From Macrostomum lignano (Eukaryota): a DNA stretch of 30,240 nucleotides. Positions within the stretch are counted from its first letter, which is position 1. Each line of letters starts with the position of its first letter. This document shows positions 1-10,804 of the stretch, piece by piece. The DNA is taken from positions 1 to 30,240 of the forward strand of contig NIVC01001085.1 in NCBI GenBank assembly GCA_002269645.1, read 5' to 3'. Made by a program: the position numbers and the translations under genes. A model generated the notes under the pieces. The model did not search any database, had not been told where the DNA came from, and saw only the letters and a list, made by a program, of their open reading frames with translations.

Positions 1-430
1 TAAATTGTGTTTATCATCCATCTGTACTCAATCTAAATTGTGTTTATCATCCATCTGTATCAATCTAAATTGTGTTTATCATCCATCTGTATTTCAATCT
101 AAATTGTGTTTATTCCATCTGTACTTCAATCTAAATTGTGTTTATCATCCATCTGTATTTCAATCTAAATTGTGTTTATCATCCATCTGTATTTCAATCT
201 AAATTGTGTTTATCATCCATCTGTATTTCAATCTGAAATTGTGTTTATCATCCATCTGTACTCAATCTGAATTGTGTTTATCATCCATCTGTATTCATCT
301 AAATTGTGTTTATCGTCCATCTGTACTTCAATCTAAATTGTGTTTATCGTCCATCTATATCCCAATCTGGTTTTGTGTTTATCATCCACAAAAACCCCAA
401 TCTAAACTGTGTTTATCATCCATAAAAACC
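1..430. repeat. Satellite, 33-34 bp unit (AATCTAAATTGTGTTTATCATCCATCTGTA[C/T]T[T]C), degrading at its right end and running off the window start
   Basis: About 12 tandem copies read directly from the sequence. Confidence 0.95.
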
Positions 431-788
431 CATTTACCTTAGCTTTTGTGTCAATGGCCTGTCAATGACCTGTTGACAGGGCTCAGAGGCTTGTGCGCTA
501 TTCCGTTAGCAGATATAACTTATTTATACGGACAAACACTTAGCTGAACTCTGTTTTCTAATATTCTTCTCTGCTTTAAGTTTGTCAGAACTGTTTACAA
601 AAATAGCATCATCTATATACCTCATATGCGAGTCTGAAACTTTAACATACGTTAAAGACGTTTTCTGGCAAATGCAAACAGGCTTTCTCGTATTGTGTGG
701 CGCAGTTGCAATTCAATTATTTGTTGCCCCCTGGTTGAGTATGTTTTCCAGCTACGTCAAGCCTCTGTGTGTTTTTTTCAGCTTAGGG

Positions 789-1643
789 CAAGGGTCGGCA
801 AAACTTCTTTACTTCAAAAGCTAGATAGAGAATCTAACGCCTCACTGCGGGTCACAGGAGAGGAGGGAGGAGAGATTGAAGAGAAGAGAGGAGAGATTGA
901 AGAGAAGAGAAAAGAGATTGAAGAGAAGAGAGGAGAGATTGAAGAGAAGAGAGGAGAGATTGAAGAGAAGAGAAAAGAGATTGAAGAGAAGAGAGGAGAG
1001 ATTGAAGAGAAGAGAAAAGAGATTGAAGAGAAGAGAAGAGAGATTGAAGAGAAGAGAAAAGAGATTGAAGAGAAGAGAGGAGAGATTGAAGAGAAGAGAA
1101 AATATATTAAAGAGAAGAGAGGAGAGATTAAAGAGAAGAGAAAAGAGATTGAAGAGAAGAGAGGTGAGATTGAAGAGAAGAGAAAATATATTGAAGAGAA
1201 GAGAGGAGAGATTGAAGAGAAGAGAAAAGAGATTGAAGAGAAGAGAGGAGAGATAGAAGAGAAAAGAGGAGATATTGAAGAGAAAAGAGGAGAGATTGAA
1301 GAGAAGAGAGGGGAGATTGAAGAGAAGAGAGAAAAGAATTGAAGAGAAGAGAGGAAGGATGAAAGAGAAAAGATAATATATGGAAGAGAAGAGAAAAGCG
1401 ATAAAAGATGAGAGAGGAGCGATGGAAGATAAGAGAGAAGAGTTGAGAAATAGGAGATGGGAGATGAGATATTGGCAAAGAGAGGAGACAAGAAAAGAGA
1501 TGAGAGGTGATAAGCGAAATGGGGGGAAAGCGGAGAGGCAAGAGGAGAAGAGATGCGCGAGAGGAGTAGAGGAGAGGAGAGAGAAGGGGGTGAAATTTCA
1601 AAGGACCCGAAGGCTGTGGATAGAGAGGGTTTGCCTACCTCTG
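789..1643 (+). mobile_element. Non-autonomous hAT (Charlie/MER58-like) MITE, copy 1, with internal GA-rich array
   Basis: The termini CAAGGGTCGGCAAAAC (789) and GTTTGCCTACCTCTG (ending 1643) are imperfect inverted repeats of the hAT CAGGGGTCGGCAAAC type. The subterminal AGATAGAGAATCTAACGC..ACTGCGGGTCAC is shared in inverted form with 5665-5700. No matching 8-bp TSD. Confidence 0.75.
860..1590. repeat. GA-rich minisatellite, 21-bp unit GAGATTGAAGAGAAGAGA(GGA/AAA), decaying into irregular GA sequence
   Basis: Tandem units are visible directly and produce the artefactual (EIEEKRG/K)n ORF. Confidence 0.95.
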
Positions 1644-2004
1644 CCCAATTATTATATTTGGTAAATAGCATAGTATTAACCGAGGAACTCGTACATTCGT
1701 TTACTTTAACTAATAATTTTGATTTTGTACGTGTTTTCAGTCCAAGTTGCAGAATCAGTGCGGCCATTGCAACACTACAAAATGTTGCTAACAGAATGAA
1801 CGGATTAAAGTCTTCAACTAGTCCAATAATGTTTGCAAAATTGTTAGTTTACGTTTCCTTGAAAATTGTTTTATCCTGCAAAGATAGAATTTTAATTGTT
1901 TCTTTTTATACGGTTAATTTTTATGTTCTTTTATTACGTTTGGATTGTGTGCTTTCGGATAAATGTTTAAATGTCCTGACAGTTAGAGGAAGACATGAAG
2001 TTAT

Positions 2005-2548
2005 GAGATAGAGATGGAGACAGGATGAGATGGAGACAGGCTGTGATGGAGAGGGTGAGATGGAGACAGGATGAGATGGAGACAGGATGAGATGGAGACA
2101 GGGTGAGATGGAGACAGGCTGTGATGGAGAGAGGGTGAGATGGAGACAGGATGAGATGGAGACAGGATGAGATGGAGACAGGGTGAGATGGAGACAGGCT
2201 GTGATGGAGAGAGGGTGAGATGGAGACAGGATGAGATGGAGACAGGATGAGATGGAGACAGGATGAGATGGAGAGAGGGTGAGATGGAGACAGGGTGAGA
2301 TGGAGACAGGCTGTGATGGAGAGAGGGTGAGATGGAGACAGGGTGAGATGGAGACAGGCTGTGATGGAGAGAGGGTGAGATGGAGACAGGGTGAGATGGA
2401 GACAGGCTGTGATGGAGAGAGGGTGAGATGGAGACAGGGTGAGATGGAGACAGGCTGTGATGGAGAGAGGGTGAGATGGAGACAGGGTGAGATGGAGACA
2501 GGCTGTGATGGAGAGAGGGTGAGATGGAGACAGGGTGAGATGGAGGTG
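2005..2548. repeat. Satellite, 15-bp unit TGAGATGGAGACAGG, with a 17-bp variant
   Basis: Direct tandem units. Confidence 0.95.
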
Positions 2549-2559
2549 GTTAGATTGAG

Positions 2560-3455
2560 AGTGTGATATTAAGATAGTGTCGTATTGAGATAGTGTGGCA
2601 TTGAGATAGTGTGGTATTGAGATAGTGTGATATTGAGATAGTGTGATATTGAGATAGTGTGATATTGAGATAGTGTGGCATTGAGATAGTGTGATATTAA
2701 GATAGTGTGATATTGAGATAGTGTGATATTAAGATAGTGTGATATTGAGATAGTGTGATATTGAGATAGTGTGGTATTGAGATAGTGTGATATTGAGATA
2801 GTGTGGCATTGAGATAGTGTGGTATTGAGATAGTGTGATATTGAGATAGTGATATTGAGATAGTGTGACATTGAGATAGTGTGATATTGAGATAGTGTGA
2901 TATTAAGATAGTGTGATATTGAGATAGTGTGGTATTGAGATAGTGTGATATTGAGATAGTGATATTGAGATAGTGTGACATTGAGATAGTGTGGTATTGA
3001 GATAGTGTGATATTTGAGATAGTGATATTGAGATAGTGTGACATTGAGATAGTGTGAGATTGAGATAGTGTGAGATTGAGATAGTGTGGTATTGAGATAG
3101 TGTGGTATTGAGATAGTGTGATATTGAGATAGTGTGGCATTGAGATAGTGTGGTATTGAGATAGTGTGATATTGAGATAGTGATATTGAGATAGTGTGAC
3201 ATTGAGATAGTGTGATATTGAGATAGTGTGATATTAAGATAGTGTGATATTGAGATAGTGTGGTATTGAGATAGTGTGATATTGAGATAGTGATATTGAG
3301 ATAGTGTGACATTGAGATAGTGTGGTATTGAGATAGTGTGATATTTGAGATAGTGATATTGAGATAGTGTGACATTGAGATAGTGTGAGATTGAGATAGT
3401 GTGAGATTGAGATAGTGTGGTATTGAGATAGTGTGGTATTGAGATAGTGTGAGAT
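2560..3455. repeat. Satellite, 16-bp unit TGAGATAGTGTG(AT/GT/GC)AT, with an internal duplication of about 331 bp
   Basis: Direct tandem units. A diagnostic TATTTG variant at 3011 and 3342 is followed by the same run of variants both times. Confidence 0.95.
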
Positions 3456-3905
3456 GAGACATGGTGAGATGCAGACAGGGTGAGATGTAGACAGGGTGAG
3501 ATGCAGACAGGGTGAGATGCAGACAGGGTGAGATGCAGACAGAGTGAGATGCAGACAGGGTGAGATGCAGACAGGGTGAGATGTAGACAGGGTGAGATTC
3601 AGACAGGGTGAGATGCAGACAGGGTGAGATGCAGACAGGGTGAGATGCAGACATTGTGAGATGCAGACAGGGTGAGATTCAGACAGGGTGAGATGCAGAC
3701 AGGGTAAGATGCAGACAGGGTGAGATGCAGGCAGGGTGAGATGCAGGCAGGGTGAGATGCAGGCAGGGTGAGATGTAGACAGGGTGAGATGCAGACAGGG
3801 TGAGATTCAGACAGGCTGAGATGTAGACAGGGTGAGATGTAGACAGGGTGAGATATAGACAGGGTGAGATGCAGACAGGATGAGATGCAGACAGGGTGAG
3901 ACGGA
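3456..3905. repeat. Satellite, 16-bp unit TGAGATGCAGACAGGG
   Basis: Direct tandem units. Confidence 0.95.
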
Positions 3906-4191
3906 GAGGAGAAGACAGAGCCACAATGTGAGAAGAGTTTCGGAGAAATCTGGGAAAGAAAGGATTCAAGAGGATTAATAGTCAAAGCAAGTAAAAAGAT
4001 AAACAGATAAAATTTCAAATCTACAGACCCGCCCAAGGATTAAGGACTTTTAAAAACGGATTATGCGCAAAATGTAATGCTAATTTTATGACTATAAATA
4101 TTGCTGACGGATATGTGTTCATTTACATCCACTTGCATTTTGTCGGACCGAACTTCTACTATTTAATTAAAGATATTCTAAAGTATTTATA

Positions 4192-4227
4192 GCTAGATAG
4201 GAAACCCGCGGTATTAACGCACGGGGT
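4192..4227 (-). mobile_element. Probable Helitron 3' terminus (imperfect GC hairpin, 8 nt, then CTAG)
   Basis: The minus strand reads CCCCGTGCGTTAATACCGCGGG-TTTCCTAT-CTAG, matching canonical Helitron 3' architecture. The base after CTAG is C rather than the usual T, and the 5' end was not located. Confidence 0.5.
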
Positions 4228-4338
4228 TCCTTTTCTTCAGGTGAAGTAGCTGTATCCCATTTTGCCAAGACCAAAGCAAGCGGGCAGGCAGAAAAGCGCT
4301 GGGTTGAAGTGAATATTTCTGCAACTGGCTGCGTGCAA

Positions 4339-5736
4339 CAGGGGTTGGCAAAGTCTGGCTCGTGTGCCAGCTGCGGACCGCCATGCCTCTCTTTTCGGCC
4401 CTTTGGGTCGTTTGCAACTAAACAAAATTGACGTCCGGCCGCTCGGGTTGTCTTCTCAGCTCTCCTCTTCTCTCTCCTCTCCTCTCCGCTCTTCTATCTC
4501 CTCTCCTCTCCGCTCTTCTCTCTCCTCTCCTCTCTTCTCTTCTCTCTCTCCTCTCCTCTCCGCTCTTCTCTCTCCTTCCTCTTCTCTTCTCTCTCCTCTC
4601 CTCTCCGCTCTTCTCTCTCCTCTCCTCTCTTCTCTTCTCTCTCCTCTCCTCTCTTCTCTTCTCTCTCCTCTCCTCTCCGCTCTTCTCTCTCCTCTCCTCT
4701 CTTCTCTTCTCTCTCCTCTCCTCTCCGCTCTTCTCTCTCCTTCCTCTCTTCTCTTCTCTCTCCTCTCCTCTCCGCTCTTCTCTCTCCTCTCCTCTCTTCT
4801 CTTCTCTCTCCTCTCCTCTCCGCTCTTCTCTCTCCTCTCCTCTCTTCTCTTCTCTCTCCTCTCCTCTCCGCTCTTCTCTCTCCTTCCTCTCTTCTCTTCT
4901 CTCTCCTCTCCTCTCCGCTCTTCTCTCTCCTCTCCTCTCTTCTCTTCTCTCTCCTCTCCTCTCCGCTCTTCTCTCTCCTTCCTCTCTTCTCTTCTCTCTC
5001 CTCTTCTCTCCGCTCTTCTCTCTCCTCTCCTCTCTTCTCTTCTCTCTCCTCTCCTCTCCGCTCTTCTCTCTCCTTCCTCTCTTCTCTTCTCTCTCCTCTT
5101 CTTTCCGCTCTTCTCTCTACTCTCCTCTATTCTCTTCTCTCTCCTTCCTCTCTTCTCTTCTCTCTCCTCTCTTCTCTTCTCTCTCTTCTCCTCTCCTCTC
5201 CTCTCTTCTCTTCTCTCTCCTCTCCTCTCCTTCCTCTCTTCTCTTCTCTCTCCTCTCCTTCCTCTCTTCTCTTCTCTCTCCTTCCTCTCTTCTCTTCTCT
5301 CTCTTCTCCTCTCCTCTCCTCTCTTCTCTTCTCTCTCCTCTCCTCTCCTTCCTCTCTTCTCTTCTCTCTCCTTCCTCTCTTCTCTTCTCTCTCCTCTCCT
5401 CTCATCTCCTCTTTTCTCTCTCCTCTCTTCTCTTCTCTCTCCTCTTCTCTCTCCCCTCATCTCCTCTACTCTCTTCTCTTCTCTCACCTCACCTCTTCTT
5501 TCTCCTCCCTTCTCTTCTCCTGTCACTTCTCTCATCTCTCCTCTCTTATCTTCTAGCCTATGCTCTTTCATCTTCTCTTTGTTTTTCTCTCATTCTCTTC
5601 TCTCACTCCTCTTCTCTCTCCTAGTTTCCCTTTCCTCTTCTCTCCTCTTTTCCCTCCCCTCTGTCTCGTGGCCCGCAGTCATGCGCTAGATTCTCTATCT
5701 GTGCCGCTAAAGTAAAAAAGGTTTGCCGACCCCGTG
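4339..5736 (-). mobile_element. Non-autonomous hAT MITE, copy 2, inverted relative to copy 1, with internal CT-rich array
   Basis: TIRs are CAGGGGTTGGCAAAGT (4339) and GGTTTGCCGACCCCGTG (ending 5736). It has a MER58-like subterminal GC block and shares subterminal sequence with 789-1643 at both ends. Confidence 0.8.
4456..5660. repeat. CT-rich (polypyrimidine) degenerate minisatellite, e.g. CTCTCCTCTCCTCTCCGCTCTT
   Basis: About 1.2 kb of almost pure C/T with recurring CCGCTC variants. Confidence 0.95.
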
Positions 5737-6502
5737 GCATAGCAGCAGCGCGGACTGGAAACTAAAGGCAGAAAGGATGGTGAGGTGGGCTATCCAATTT
5801 TTAGGATCAATATAGTTGCACAGAAGTCGTACAAGACCTGCCCGCCTGCAGTAAGAATTCCCCTTTCCACTGCACCAGAAAGTTTGCTTACGTCACAAAA
5901 TCCGTCAGCCCTGCCCTGCCCCAGAAGCCCCGGGCCGGATCTGCCCTTCTTTATCCACCTACGTGCACCTCCTTCCTTCCATCCGTCCTGCCTCGTAGCC
6001 TCCCTCTCTCTCTTGCTAAGTTAAAAACGAACTTACCACTCCCAATCCTTTATTCGATCCGTTCGTTCCCATGTGCGTCTCCCTTCTTCGATTCGGCCAG
6101 AAGCGCCAGTCCTTCGTCTCGCCCTTTCTCACCGAACTCTTGTGTGCGCGAGCCGTACATTTGTCTGTATGCGGGTACATACGCGCACTCGTTGACCGAT
6201 CCTTTGCAAAAGATGGTTTCTTCTTTTCCTTGCCATCCCAGCTGATGGATAGAATATCGAAAGAAAAACATGGGACGAACAACTATGAACTAAGAAAGTT
6301 ACTGCGGATGTGTATAGTCTATAAATAGCCCCAAGATTTATTAGCGGATATGCCGCAGCGGGGCCGGTACTGCGCAGTGTATCTCGGTGTAACGAACAAG
6401 TATTTTACATCCGCTTTCTTTTGACCGAAATTCTATACTGACTACTTCAACTTTTCTAGTAGTAGTATTTGTAAATTTTTATTTCTTTAACTTATTCAAG
6501 AA

Positions 6503-6808
6503 TATAATATTAATAGTAAATGATAAAACCTGCCCTAATGGGTAGATATGCAACCGACAGCTCAGCAGCAGCCATTGCGCGGCGCATCTAAAAGCTGCGT
6601 ACGGCTGTTCCGTCCAAGGACTGGGGGTCGCCACACGCCCTCAATTACCCCAGCTAATGCTGGCACCCATTTTACAGCTGGGTAAACTGAAGCAATGCAG
6701 AGTTAAGTGTCTTGCTCAAGGTCACACAAATTATTCCACTAGGATCAGGAATCGAACCCCCGACCTTTCAGTCGCAAGTCCAACGCTCTAACCACTAGGC
6801 CACAACCC
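6503..6808 (-). mobile_element. tRNA-derived CORE-SINE, copy 1
   Basis: The minus strand has an A box (TGGCCTAGTGG) and B box (GGTTCGATTCC). The sequence GTGACCTTGAGCAAGACACTTAACTCTGCATTGCTTCAGTTTACCCAGCTGTAAATGGG closely resembles the MIR-type CORE domain. The tail is AT-rich. Confidence 0.85.
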
Positions 6809-6913
6809 CGCTTCTCCTTTACTTGTCCAGGAATTCTATAATTTTCCATAGTCTCTTGAACGACAATGAAGCCAGACAAGAATCCCACTCCTATATTATC
6901 CCATCCCCCATAG

Positions 6914-7463
6914 GAGTTCCGTCACTCGCGTCACGCAGTCGGAGCGGCACGACCTCACTAGCAAGAGCTCCGAGATTGAAAAGCACCCGGAGTCCTTGCC
7001 CAAGCCCACGGCTGACCCGCCAACCGCAGCCGCCGCCGCCTCCACGCCGACTGAGGAAAATGCCGCAGCTTCCCGACCGCCTGCGTCTCCTCGACAGCGC
7101 GGTGTCCCAACGGCATCACCGGCAACAGTCAAGCAGCTGACGCCGCCGCTAGAGGAGCTGCCGCCGCCGCCTCCGCCGCCACCAGCCGTTGAGGAAGTCA
7201 GCAACGACGATGATGTCAAGAGTTCGAATCCGGCGCTTAGCCGAGCTGCCGAGCGAAGACGCCAGCGAGCCGAGGCCGCCGCTGCTGCTGCCGCTGCCGC
7301 TGCTGCAGCCGCTGCAGTTGCCGCTGCCGCCGCCGCAGCAGCCTCGGAGCCCGAAGAGCCTCCGTCGTCGGAGCCATCTGCGCCGCCGAAGTCGGAAGAG
7401 CGGCCGCCCGCCAAACCGTTGGACTTTTCGCCTGGCATGACGACGCCATCAACTAGCGTTAAA
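6914..7463 (+). CDS. PPP1R12: MYPT/PPP1R12-like gene, first exon visible in the window (post-ankyrin low-complexity region)
   Basis: Acceptor CCCCATAG at 6913 and donor AAA|GTGAGC at 7464. 550 nt, phase 2 to 0, open. It encodes (R)SSVTRVTQSERHDLTSK, resembling the RRSS[IV]TR segment that follows the MYPT ankyrin repeats, plus polyPro and polyAla tracts. Confidence 0.8.
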
Positions 7464-7624
7464 GTGAGCTGCTACAACTCGTATTGTCTTTCTTGGTAAA
7501 GCAGCTTCATCAAAATTCAGTCCTACCAACCGCAAATTGCGGTACTAATGATAAATATATTGCAATAAAATGTTCGTTGAGTTTCTGACGATGAAGTCGC
7601 TCTAAACTGTACATTAAATTTGCC

Positions 7625-8975
7625 ATAGACTATTCCATAGAAACCGCCCTGGACTATTCTATGAACATTGCCCTATAGACTATTCCATAAACATCGCCCT
7701 GGACTATTCCATAAACATCGCCCTAGACTATTCCATAAACATCGCCCTAGACTATTCCATAAACATCGCCCTAGACTGTTCCATAAACATCGCCCTAGAC
7801 TATTCCATAAACATTGCACTATAGACTATTCCATAAACATCGCCCTAGACTATTCCATAAACATCGCCCTAGACTATTCCATAAACATCGCCCTAGACTA
7901 TTCCATAAACATCGCCCTGGACTATTCCATAAACATTGCCCTAGACTATTCCATAAACATCGCCCTAGACTATTCCATAAACATCGCCCTAGACTATTCC
8001 ATAAACATCGCCCTAGACTATTCCATAAACATCGCCCTATAGACTATTCCATAAACATCGCCCTGGACTATTCCATAAACATCGCCCTAGACTATTCCAT
8101 AAAAATCGCCCTAGACTATTCCATAAACATCGCCTTAGACTTTCATAAACATCGCCCTATACTATTCCATAAACATTGCCCTAGACTATTCCATAAACAT
8201 TGCCTTAGACTTTAATAAACATCGCCCTAAACTATTGCATAAACATCGCCCTATACTATTCCATAAACATCGCCCTAGACTATTCCATAAACATTGCCTT
8301 AGACTTTAATAAACATCGCCCTAAACTATTGCATAAACATCGCCGTAGACTATTCCACAGAAGTCGCCCTAGACTATTCCACAGAAGTCGCCCTAGACTG
8401 TTCCACAGAATTCGCCCTAGACTATTCCACAGAAGTCGCCCTAGACTATTCCACAGAAGTCGCCCTAGATTATTCCACAGAAGTCGCCCTAGACTATTCC
8501 ACAGAAGTCGCCCTAGACTATTCCACAGAAGTCGCCCTAGATTATTCCACAGAAGTCGCCCTAGACTATTCCACAGAAGTCGCCCTAGACTATTCCACAG
8601 AAGTCGCCCTAGACTATTCCACAGAAGTCGCCCTAGACTATTCCACAGAAGTCGCCCTAGACTATTCCACAGAAGTCGCCCTAGATTATTCCATAGAAAT
8701 TTCCCTAGACTACAGTGCCACAGAAGTCGCCCTAGACTATTCCATAGAAATTTCCCTAGACTACAGTGCCACAGAAGTCGCCCTAGACTATTCCACAGAA
8801 GTCGCCCTAGATTATTCCATAGAAATTTCCCTAGACTACAGTGCCACAGAAGTCGCCCTAGACTATTCCATAGAAATTTCCCTAGACTACAGTGCCACAG
8901 AAGTCGCCCTAGACTATTCCATAGAAATTTCCCTAGACTACAGTGCCACAGAAGTCGCCCTAGACTATTCCATAA
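7625..8975. repeat. Satellite, 24-bp unit CGCCCTAGACTATTCCA(TAAACAT/CAGAAGT), ending in a 51-bp higher-order dimer
   Basis: Direct tandem units. The variant switches at about 8345 and 51-bp dimers begin at about 8690. Confidence 0.95.
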
Positions 8976-9412
8976 AAATTTCTGTAAAACTTTTCGTTTT
9001 AACCATTAAGAATTCTCTAAAATTATTCAAAATCACAAGAGTTCCTCGACTATGAATAAAAATATTTGTCATTTTCAAATAATTTCAGGATGCAATTCCA
9101 GATAGTTTGCTGTCAGATATCGTGAGTAGTATAGACGCTCGTTGTAAGCGTTATCTAAAAGAGAAAAAACGTTAAATTGAAAACTACCCGAATGCTGTAT
9201 TGGGCGTGCAGTTCCGTTCAATAGAGATATTATGTAACGTACTTTAAAAACTAAAATTACGAGTATTAATAATGATTTCGTGCTTAACGCTTGCAATAGA
9301 ATATTAATAATAGGAAATTTTATGAATAGAAGCATGCGTTTTGTCTCGACTACTTATCAACTGATCAGCAACAAAGACTAACATGAGTCTCTGTCTTGGT
9401 GTCTGCCTTCAT

Positions 9413-9521
9413 GTCTGTCTGTCTGTGTGTCTGTCTGTCTGTCTGTCTCTGTCTGTGTGTCTGTCTGTCTGTCTGTGTGTCTGTCTGTCTGTGTGTCTGT
9501 CTGTCTGTGTCTGTCTGTCTT

Positions 9522-9562
<41 letters not shown>

Positions 9563-9579
9563 GTGTCTGTCTGTCTGTG

Positions 9580-9610
<31 letters not shown>

Positions 9611-9738
9611 GTGTCTGTCTGTCTGTGTGTCTGTCTGTGTGTCTGTCTGTGTGTGTGTGTGTGTGTGTCTGTCTGTCTGTCTTATGGTCTGTCTGTCTGT
9701 CTGTCTGTCTTATGGTCTGTCTGTCTGTCTGTCTTATG

Positions 9739-9804
<66 letters not shown>

Positions 9805-9902
9805 GTCTGTGTGTCTGTCTGTCTGTCTGTCTGTCTCTGTCTGTGTGTCTGTCTGTCTGTCTGTGTGTCTGTCTGTCTGTCTTACTGTCTGTCTGTCTTA
9901 TG

Positions 9903-9944
<42 letters not shown>

Positions 9945-10085
9945 GTGTCTGTCTGTCTCTGTCTGTGTGTCTGTCTGTCTGTCTGTGTGTCTGTCTGTCT
10001 GTCTGTCTTATGGTCTGTCTGTCTGTCTGTCTTATGGTCTGTCTGTCTGTCTGTCTGTCTGTGTGTCTGTCTGTCTCTGTCTGTG

Positions 10086-10144
<59 letters not shown>

Positions 10145-10229
10145 GTGTCTGTGTGTCTGTCTGTGTGTCTGTCTATCTGTCTGTCTGTCTGTCTGTCTGT
10201 GTGTCTGTCTGTCTCTGTCTGTGTGTCTA

Positions 10230-10262
<33 letters not shown>

Positions 10263-10347
10263 GTGTCTGTGTGTCTGTCTGTGTGTCTGTCTATCTGTCT
10301 GTCTGTCTGTCTGTCTGTGTGTCTGTCTGTCTCTGTCTGTGTGTCTA

Positions 10348-10410
<63 letters not shown>
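9413..10410. repeat. (CTGT)n microsatellite with GT, CTAT and CTTATGG interruptions
   Basis: Direct. Confidence 0.97.
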
Positions 10411-10572
10411 CAACAGAAATTTTTAATGGTCCTTGATCAGCAACCTTGCACGATGTTTTTGAACAATTTGATGACCCAAGCTTGGCGCCTCATTTTTGTA
10501 CTAATATTTATGTGTTTTGCTGTGTGCCCAACTTACCCGAATGAGTTAAATTATTAATTTAATATTGCGCAG

Positions 10573-10752
10573 ACTCTGCTAAAACGCATGGAAAGTTGGC
10601 AAGAGAACAGCGCAACAAGTGGCGTTCAAACTCGTAGAAGAAATTTTAATATTAGCGGCGGCAACGGTCGGGCAGCCTCCGTCATCCTGTCGACCGACCA
10701 ATCTGGTGGCAGTTCTTTTAGCCAGTTGAAGAGGCACTTCTCTGCCGGAAAG
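10573..10752 (+). CDS. PPP1R12: MYPT/PPP1R12-like internal exon (TLLKRMESWQEN...QLKRHFSAGK), not in the ORF track
   Basis: GCGCAG acceptor at 10572 and AAG|GTTTGA donor at 10753. Exactly 180 nt, open in phase 0-0 and compatible with both neighbouring exons. It is a GC-richer island between two satellites. Confidence 0.68.
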
Positions 10753-10804
10753 GTTTGACACTGCCGTTATCTGTTGTGAGACTGGTCGGTGTTGTCGCTG
10801 AAAG

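Noticed and set aside
458-480. Hairpin CCTGTCAA-N7-TTGACAGG
   Set aside because: An 8-bp stem with no CTRR end or other element context. It is expected by chance.
695-1342. (EIEEKRG/K)n ORF that looks like a coiled-coil protein, with an acceptor-like TTTTTTTCAG at 782
   Set aside because: It lies inside the hAT MITE and is produced by a 21-bp repeat. I found no convincing donor compatible with the phase-2 start of exon 6914.
2279-5689. Long ORFs 2569-3654, 4364-5689, 4428-5624, 4456-5571 and similar
   Set aside because: They are translations of stop-free tandem repeats, open in several frames and on both strands.
781-5744. 8-bp TSDs for the hAT MITEs
   Set aside because: The flanks do not match (GCTTAGGG/CCCAATTA; GCGTGCAA/GCATAGCA, 4 of 8), so no TSD is claimed.
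6740-6808. tRNA-like A and B boxes (also at 15403-15465 and 16160-16205) as tRNA genes
   Set aside because: Each is followed by a SINE body and tail, and I could not fold a complete cloverleaf.
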